Part shown: positions 55,517-64,000 of the stretch, piece by piece
How the letters are laid out: each line of letters begins with the position of its first letter
Numbering within the stretch: the first letter of the stretch is position 1
Assembly: GCF_009914755.1 (NCBI RefSeq)
Contig: NC_060928.1
Strand: one strand, 5' to 3'
Length of the DNA stretch: 64,000 bases
Source of the DNA: the human T2T-CHM13v2.0 reference genome, Homo sapiens
Made by a program: the position numbers and the translations under genes
The notes under the pieces: generated by a model
Told to the model about the DNA's origin: nothing
Database searches by the model: none
The model's input: only the letters and a program-made list of their open reading frames with translations

Positions 55517-56397
55517 TCACTACTGGGCTTGAAATATTAAATTTGATTTAGGTAGTCAATAGCTATCTAAAGCATATAATTGATATTGCATCTGTATGAA
55601 TATTGAAAGTTTCAGTGCAATAACACAATGACTAGCAAGCCATAAAACAAAATACAATGGTCGACTTGTCTAAAAATACAAACACAAAACTATAAAATGA
55701 TATTTCAGTTTTTGCTAACTGACTTGTAAGGAAACAATAGTGGTAAACATTCCACAGGCAAAAGTCTTCCTGGCTTATTTAGTCACATGAATATTCAAGT
55801 AGGCCTAGATGTTCTGCTTCCTGTATGTGTGGCCCATCAATTAATAGGGAAGTGGCTGAACTACAGGATGCAAGTGTTCTAAACCAGGAAACAAGTAGGC
55901 ATCGGAGAGGAGCTGACCTTGGTGTCAGTTCCAAGGAGAAAGCAGATGGTAGGAAGTGGGGTCTGCTTCATGCTGAAGCTACCAAGAGACAGAAAAGATG
56001 GGGATGAAATATGTATTCTAAGGCCATTGTGAGCCTTAGATCGAAATACAACACACAATTTGACAAGCAAAAGTGGTCATTAACACATGTACACATATAA
56101 TGAAGTAGTGAAAGTGTTTAAATCAGTGCACAGTTAACTGACTTCATAGGTATTTATTTTCCTTTATGCCTCTGTTATTCCCTGTCAAATAAATAAATAT
56201 TTGTAGAAGAAGCATGGTTTTTCTTCACACAAGTGGCAGAGCACATGCGCTGTCTCTATGTGTGTTGATACAACTCCAGACACCAAGTTATGCATCAGGG
56301 AGGAATCCTTCTGTATTTATGAATTATTAACATTATTAAATTTGGAAAAGAAAATAAAGCACAATTCATGAAGATTTCCAAAAACACACACATATAT

Positions 56398-56603
56398 TGT
56401 TTTAATTGTAGATTTGGGGAGTACATGTGCAGGTTCGTTATATGGGTGTATTGCATAATGCTGGGGTTTGGGCTTCCAGTGAACCCATCACCAAATAGTG
56501 AACATAGTAGCCAACAGGTAGTTTTTCCAACATTTTCCCTCCTCTCTCCCTCTCTTCTTTTGGAGTCCTCAGTGTCTATTATTTCTATCTTTATGTCCAT
56601 GCC
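56398..56603 (-). mobile_element. Short L1PA/PB 3'-end fragment (antisense)
   Basis: gtacatgtgcaggttcgttatatgggt...gaacccatcaccaaatagtgaacatagta. Confidence 0.85.
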
Positions 56604-56743
56604 CAAATACATATTTTTAAAATGCTCTCAAAATTGATAGCATTTGCTGACAAGTGTAAAGGTTTAAATACTGGGTACTTCATCAACAAGTAAAGATTTG
56701 GAAATTTTAAAAGGTTAAAAACATTCTTTAAAATAACGAAAAA

Positions 56744-56910
56744 GGCCAGGTGCAAAGTGACTCAAGCCTGTAATTCCAGAACTTTGGGAGGCCTAGGCAG
56801 GAGGACTGCTTGAAACCAGAAGTTTGAGGCTGCAGTGAGCTATGATCACACCACTGCACTACAGCCTGGGTGATAGAGCAAAACCCTGTGTCTAAAATAA
56901 ATAAATAAAT
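56744..56910 (+). mobile_element. Monomeric Alu (FRAM/FAM-like)
   Basis: Single arm ggccagg...tttgaggctgcagtgagctatgatcacaccactgcac...(taaa)n. Confidence 0.85.
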
Positions 56911-59267
56911 AGAAATGAAACATAACTGGATAAACCAATTTCAATTACTATAGCACTTTTAAAGTTAATGAAAAAGTTCTTAATCTCTAATGCATTATCA
57001 GAGTTGTTCTTCTTTTGGCAAGAGATTATTATAAAAATTAGTAACTCCATGGCAGGACTAGAACACAGAGATTTTTTAGCATTAGGAACATGAAAGTACA
57101 GAAAACTGCAACTACAAAAAATCTAGTGTTCACAAAGCTTACTTCCTTTAAATTTAATCTCTGCTATAGTTTTTAAGTGAAACAACTAAAATTCTATTTC
57201 AAAATATTTTCACTTGAAAATACATCTTTGTTGACTGAAACAAACAAAAAAGGTCCTAGTGTTCATGTATCAGTACAATGCCATAATAAAAATTGTGCTG
57301 AACTGTCATACTCTCACCTAACATCCTATCATTACAGATAGAAAAGCTATATGAGATGACAATGTAACATTTTGTTTGAATGGCATCCCTGAGAAAAATC
57401 CAGCTGCAGCAGCACATTTTTAAGATTTAAATGTGAAAGATCGGTCATTCTAAATATGTATCATTGTATCTTTTCATCAAAGTCAACACCAATCTTTTGA
57501 ACTTAGAGAAGGCTGAATGAATAAAATATTCTTGTGCTGGCAAAACCCAAACCTGGACAACTGTATCAGCATTTTTATTTAGTTTCTTCTGACAACATCA
57601 ATGCACCTTGCAAAAAGCAAGCCAGCTGTTCATTCTATTTGGTGCTATTAAAAGTCGTTTTACAGACTTAAATTATAGTCACTCTTTCCTTTTTTTTTTT
57701 TTAATGATGATGGCATTAAAGCCTTAGATAATAAAAAAAAATTTATGCAGGTTTCTTGGGCACTTCTATTTTTAAATATCCAATTTAACATATGTTTAAA
57801 ACAGAGCATACGGAAATAAGAAAAAGCAAATTTGAATTCCAGGCACAAATATTGGTTAAAATGCTAACACCATGTAAATGTATTACTTTATAGTAACCTT
57901 CAATCGGGAAGGTTATTGAGACTCAAAATTAACAAAAACATAATCTCTTTGCTATAATAATACTAATTTTCAGGACCTACATTTTCCACAGTTGATTTGA
58001 CATTGTTCAGGTTCTGCAAAATTTATTTCCAGTTTTTAAAAGATTATATCAAGAGAGTCATTCTCTTTGTATGACTAGGGTCACATCTTATTGAGTGACA
58101 TTAAAAATAACACCTTTACAAATCAGCCAGTGAATAAATTAATTAGCAGTAACCACTGAGTACTATCAGTGTAACAATGTTCATCTATCTGCTTAATTGC
58201 ATTATCACAGAGGTGGTGTCTATGAACAAGTTAAGTTTTAAGCAACTGAAGTCTGACAAAGAAAATATTAATGTCATTCAGCTGTTCTTCAGACATGAAG
58301 AATTTTTAAAGCATTTTTCTTTGGTTGCTTTTCACATTTATGAGAAAAAGACGAACTATACCTAACAAAGTGGACTCAGAAAATATCTACCATCAATGAG
58401 TGTATCCTTAAACAATGACTTCAATGTTGTATGTGCTTTACCTTGGAATGATTGTACATCAAAATTGATATTCAAAATAATGGCTATGGCAAACTTTCTA
58501 GATAATTAAGTTTCTGCTGAATTAATTGATTAGTTTATGTTCAATAAATCAATAAATACTTTTAAATAAGAATATGTATCCAATATCTTTAAGAATTAAC
58601 ACCCTATATTTGGTTCACATGTTCTTGTGTATGTTTCTGAAGGAATTTAGTTAACCATGATATTCAATTTACCAAAACATAGCAATCCCAACCATTTCTA
58701 TAAAAAAGTTTGTTATACCATGTTATTGATGAGATAGGAATGTGCCTATGTTGATGTCAGAAGGCTCTAGCTCTAATCCTACCATTTCACAAACTACAGA
58801 TCAAAGTTTCCATCTAGCAGGTTGTGTTAGCTTACATGGGTGGGATGAGGAGGAAGATGATTGCCATATCAAAGCAAATAAAGAAATCTGATTTTAAGCT
58901 TAGAAAGAAACATGAAAATGTAAAAAGATTTGTAAAGACTTGCATATTAAAGTAACGATTATTAAAAATACATATTTCATCAAATATGGAAACAGTTGAA
59001 CATATCACATCTGTAGGTATTTTTAAATAAACTAAGAAGTCCAACTACATTTCTTACATAGGAAATCTGCTGTGAAGTTACTCTAACTTATTATCTAAGT
59101 CTTTTCTCTTTGTATTCCTATGCCAAGCAAAAATGCCTGAGCTGGGAATGTATAGTAACTGCACAGGTATCTGCATTTTCATGTTGATTACAGCCTTATT
59201 CACAGTAGCCAAGATATGGAAACAATGTAAGTATCCATCAGCAGATAAATGGATAAAGAAATTGTGG

Positions 59268-59482
59268 CATATATATGTGTGTATATATATGTGTGTATAT
59301 ACACATGTGTGCATATATGTGTATATATACACATGTGCATATATGTGTATATATACGTGTGCATATATGTGTATATATACGTGTGCATATATGTGTATAT
59401 ATACACGTGTGCATATATACATATGTGTATATATGTGTGTATATATATGTGCGTGTGTGTGTGTGTATATATATATATATAT
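59268..59482. repeat. Alternating purine-pyrimidine minisatellite (TA/TG/CA, ~20-22 bp higher-order unit)
   Basis: Repeats of gtgtgcatatatgtgtatatatac. Confidence 0.93.
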
Positions 59483-59794
59483 GAATATTATTCAGCCTTA
59501 AAAAAAAGGAGGTACTGGCATTTACGACAACAGATGAATCTAAAGGACACTGTGGCAAGCGAACAAAAACAGACATAGAAAAAGTACTGTACTATTTATT
59601 TCACTTAAATGCAAAATCTAAACAACAAAAAAGAGTTACAAAAATACTGTATCATATATTGGAAATTAGCAAAGAGAGTAGATTTTAGGAGCTCTTACCA
59701 CACACACACACACACGCACTCACCTGTGCACAGTAACTATGGAAGGTGATGGATATGTTGATCTGTTTTGCTGTATTAATCATTTCATTATGTA

Positions 59795-60079
59795 CAGTTG
59801 TTCCCCAGTATCCACAAGGGATTGGTTCCAAGACCCACCTGGCAGATATCAAAATCTGCAGATGCTCAAGTCCCTGATATAAAATTTGCATATAACCTAC
59901 CTACATATTCCTGTATACTTTAAATAATCTCTAGATCACTTATAGTGTCTAATACAATGTAAATGCTATGCAAATACTTTATACTATATTTTAGAAATTT
60001 GTATTATTTTTATCGTTATAGTATTATTTGGTTGATTGAATCTGAGAATGTGGAACCCACAGATAAGAAGGACTGTCTG
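59795..60079. mobile_element. MER2 (TcMar-Tigger) element
   Basis: cagttgttccccagtatccacaagggattggttccaagaccc...atgctcaagtccctgatataaaat...gtggaacccacagata...ctg; TA on both flanks. Confidence 0.88.
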
Positions 60080-60194
60080 TATGTGTATATTAAAACATTA
60101 TGTTGTATACCTTAAATATATGCAATAAAATACAATTTTAAAAATGCATATGACCTGTTTACAGATACAAAAAAGTAGAAGCTGAAAAGAACTG

Positions 60195-60945
60195 CCATTA
60201 TCATACTTCGCACCTATTAGGATGGCTACTATTCAAAAGAACAAGAAAAAAATAAAGAAAATAACAAGTGTTGGCAGGAGTGTGGAAAGACTGAAATCCT
60301 CATGCATTGCTGGTGGAAATGTAAAATGGTGTAGCCATTGTGGAACACAGAATGGTAGTTCCTCAAAAAATTAAACATAGAATTACTACATGATCCAGTA
60401 ATCCCACTTCTGTGTATACACCTAAAAGAGCTGAAAGCAGGGACTCAAACAGATATTTGTACACCCATATTCATAGAAGCATTACTCATAACTGCCAAAA
60501 AGTAGAAACAATTCAAGTGTCTCTCCATGGACTAATAGATAAAATGTGTCATATACATACAATGAAGTATTATTCAGTCTGAAAAAGAAACGAAATTTAG
60601 ATACATGTTACAACATGAATGAACCATAAGGCACTATGGCAGGTGAAATAAGCCAGACACAAAAGGACAAATATTGTATGATCCCACTTATATGTGTTGC
60701 CTAAAACATTCAAATTCATAGAGACAGAATAAAATAGTGGTTACTGGGAATTAGGGGAAGGACAGAATTGGGAATTATTGTTTAATGGGTAGGGAGTTTC
60801 AGTCTGGGATAATGAAAAAGAGAGTTGGATAGTGGTGACAGATGCACAGCAATGTGAATATATTTAATGCTACTGAATCGTATATTTAAAAATTATTCAA
60901 ATCGTAAGTCTTATGTTATACATGTTTTACCATAGTAAAAATATT
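60195..60945 (+). mobile_element. L1MB-like 3' fragment
   Basis: aataacaagtgttggcagg...tcctcaaaaaattaaacatagaattac...aagccagacacaaaaggacaaatattgtatgatccc. Confidence 0.88.
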
Positions 60946-61636
60946 GTCATTATTTATAGCATTTTAAAAATCAACTGAAAAATTATCATAATTCATAAAA
61001 TGGAGTAATAAGGTACATTCCAGATATATACAAATTTTAAAAAATCTATATGCCAGTAATAAGAATAGTATGAAAGATTTGTGTTTGAATAAAAAAACAT
61101 TTACTAAATTCTTTTAAAAGTTATGACAATCTTTTTTATAAATTACTAATGCATGGTTATCTATAAATATAGTTATTATAATTATCATGTGGTCAATTCA
61201 TTTTAATCTAACAAAACCAATTAGGGCATGTACAAAGAAATTAGTGCTTTATATATACATATATTTGCAAGGCATAAAGCCAAGAAAATACCTGACATTT
61301 CAAAACTCAAGTGTAACTCAAAATTATATTTTAGAAACATCATTATCCTAATCCCAAGAGAATGGTTAACAGAGTCCAACAAAATCTTAGCTCTATGTAA
61401 TAATTGGAGAAGAAGTATTTCAGGGTACAATTATCCTAATAATTTAGAGTGCGGGGCAAAAGAATTGCTGTTTTCTCACCAGCCCTCTTCTCTCAGTCGT
61501 TTAAGTTGGCCATAATACGGGTCTCCCTGTCTATTGCCTACAATTTCTGGTGGAAATAGATGACCACTACTGGGCTCACAGACTTGGCCATAAAATATAA
61601 AAAAATAAAAATAAATTTTAAAAAGGCGTGTTGGGA

Positions 61637-61937
61637 GGGCAGGCGCAGTGGCTCACCCCTGTAATCCCAGCACTTTGGGAGGACAAGGCGGGTGAATCAC
61701 TAGGTCAGGAGTTCAAGACCAGCCTGGCCAAGATGGCAAAACCCCATCTCTACTAAAAATATAAAAATTAGCCGGGCGTGGTGGCAGATGCCTGTAATCC
61801 CAGCTACTCTGGAGGCTGAGGCAGAGAATTGCTTGAACCTGGGAGGTGGAAGTTGCAGTGAGCCAAAATTGCGCCACTGCACTCCAGGCTGGGCAACAGA
61901 GCGAGACTCAGTATCAACAACAACAACAACAACAAAA
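61637..61937 (+). mobile_element. AluSg-like element with (CAA)n tail
   Basis: aatcactaggtcaggagttcaagaccagcctggccaagatgg; full dimer. Confidence 0.95.
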
Positions 61938-62254
61938 GTAAATATTCTGAGTGTTGTCAGTGAAAGAGGAGAAAGAATAAAGTTGTGGCTAGCTGTTCTT
62001 AATGTTGATGCAAGGACAAGATTCTCAGCTGAGATAGGCCCCCAGGCATTTTACATTATGGCATCTTTTCCCCTACAGCTAACAGAACAATACTGTTGTG
62101 ATTCTGAAGACCTTTCCAAACTGATATATATGCAAATATACAAAAAAAAAGTAAAGCAGGGAAACCAGTTACAAACATCTTTTAAAGTATAATTTGAACT
62201 ATAACCTTCTAAGTTCCACATGTATATAATAGTTTTCCGACAACAAGAGCAATA

Positions 62255-62510
62255 ATAAAAATGACTAACCATCATACAATGTAGTTCTTTTTATACCCCA
62301 AGTGCTTCTCTAAATGCTTTATAAGCTCTGGAACCATTTAATCATTACAACGGTCCTGTGACAAGTACTATTATACTGAATTTATAGATGAGGAAACTGA
62401 TGCTCAGAGTGGGCAAGTCATTTACTCAAATCTTCCTAGCAAGTAAGTGGCAGGACCAAGATTTGCACACAGAAGAATCAACCTCCAACACCCATAATCA
62501 TAATCACTAT
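62255..62510 (-). mobile_element. MIR
   Basis: tttatagatgaggaaactgatgctcagagtgg...tagcaagtaagtggcaggaccaagatttg. Confidence 0.85.
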
Positions 62511-63847
62511 AGCACTAATGAATTTCTATGTCTTGGATACTTGTATAGTTCTTTTAAAACTATATTAGAGATAATAAAATATTATCAAATGAAAACAGAA
62601 AAAAGCCTACCTTTATTACAGAAATTAAATACATTACAATTTAAATCTGAAATGTATTATGAAGATGAATATAAGATATATTAGGAGAACTTATATAAGA
62701 GAGGCCTTACCTATTTTAGACCGTAGAAAGTGAACTCTGATCCCTAAAACCTACAGTACAACACAAGCTAGTACTCAAGGAAAGCTGTGGATTAACTACA
62801 TTAAGTTCTAAAAGTATATATTTTTCATTTTGGATGGAATTCTTTTCAAGAACATATTCACATTTCCATCTTCCTAAAATGTGTTGTCTGCACATGCTTT
62901 CATGCTGAAGATAAAGTTTTATAATTATGAACGTTGATTATCAGGATGTGGTCCATCAGTGCTGTCAGGGCATACTGGGGAATAAGAAGCTGTTTCTTCT
63001 TGCACTGAATGGCCCCATACTGCAGTGCTTGTCTGAGTCATGTGTCTGTCCTCTCATTCTCTCCTTCTTTTCCTTGCAACTATTACCTCCCACTAACGTG
63101 TAGTACCCATCTTTAGCAGCCCCTCTGCCCCAATTCTATTTCACTGTTTCTAATTTGGAAGCAGTATGGAAACCAGATAATCAAGCATACTAAAAGTAGG
63201 TATAAGATAAAAATAGATATAGTGTAAACGAGCTGAAACTTTTCAACATCTATTTTTACTGATTGGAGAATTATTTATCTATTTATTTCCGCTTACAGCT
63301 CTAAAGTGTATTATAGATATGAGAGTTGTTGATCTATTTTGCAATACAATTTAAAATAATATAATCCCAGAAAGATTCTACAGAATAATTTAGTATCCTG
63401 ATTATATGTTGAATATAGCCATAATTTTCCTAAATAGAATTGTAATATTAGTAAATCTACATTTCAGCCCATTTATCAATACAAAGTCCAATTCGAGTGG
63501 TCTACCAAATCTAATCAACTAAACCAAACCTCACATTATGTATATTTGTCATATAAGTGCACACATATTCAAATTGTGTACATAATTTTGCCAAACTTGA
63601 AAATCTTGCAAATGTGCTTTGTTGTACTTCCTTATTTAAATGTTTGGTTTTAGCTTCTTTTGCATATCATTGCCTAAAAATAAATAGGTATTATATTTTA
63701 TTTTTTAAGAGAGAGCAAATGAATAGAGTTAGCTTTATAAGGGTTTAAGTCAGGGACACCAGCTGCAAATATTTTGTGCTTACCAATGTGTCTTCTTTCC
63801 TAAATTCCACTTGTGCCAACAGTGAGTAAAATGTTCTAGGATTTCCT

Positions 63848-63851
63848 CGCT

Positions 63852-63893
<42 letters not shown>
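63848..63893. repeat. (TC)n microsatellite
   Basis: Directly visible polypyrimidine run. Confidence 0.95.
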
Positions 63894-63894
<1 letters not shown>

Positions 63895-64000
63895 CCCAAA
63901 CACCCCACCCCCACTCCAACTTCCAGATAAATGCCAGTCATTTGGCCAGGGCTAACTCACAGAAGGTGCAGCAGGCACAGATGGCACTAATGCATAAATG

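Larger units (their letters stand above)
59135..60145 (+). mobile_element. L1MA-like 3' fragment with nested simple repeat and MER2
   Basis: ttattcacagtagccaagatatggaaacaa...atccatcagcagataaatggataaagaaa; gagagtagatttta...taactatggaaggtgatggatatgtt. Confidence 0.85.

Noticed and set aside
59078-59578. Stack of overlapping Y/I/H/C-rich ORFs (similar at 17976-18405)
   Set aside because: Translations of simple TA/TG repeats.
62705-62750. Possible 33-nt minus-strand cassette exon (ttttag|...TAG|gtaagg) encoding GSEFTFYGLK*
   Set aside because: Weak polypyrimidine tract; such pseudo-exons are common in long introns and there is no independent support.
63969-63981. 13-nt identity to miR-214-3p (CAGCAGGCACAGA)
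   Set aside because: Diverges after 13 nt, no precursor hairpin is visible, and it is intronic and at the window edge.

Overview
Primate (almost certainly human) AT-rich genomic DNA; no prokaryotic features. The only protein-coding sequence I can support is the terminal exon of ANTXR2 (CMG2, anthrax toxin receptor 2) on the minus strand. A clean acceptor (tttatttctttcttcag) precedes GRCINFSRVPSQ-stop at 39845-39883, the C-terminus I recall for the 488-aa isoform. It is followed by a ~6.3 kb 3'UTR ending near an AATAAA at 33592-33597. Positions 39884-64000 are the long last intron, and 1-33500 is downstream intergenic DNA rich in L1, L2, MIR, Alu, MaLR/ERVL LTRs and DNA-transposon fossils. Almost all ORFs in the track are repeat-derived or chance. 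I found no convincing new gene system. The best leads are: (1) tandem poly(A) signals that partition distinct miRNA seed clusters (miR-124, -155, -29, -96/182) in the 3'UTR; (2) an unexpectedly CpG-rich patch inside the UTR; (3) a 68-bp templated insertion inside an L1; (4) a (GGAA)15 microsatellite; (5) a CTCF-like motif in the intron. Repeat boundaries and subfamilies were judged by eye and are approximate unless a target-site duplication (TSD) is quoted.
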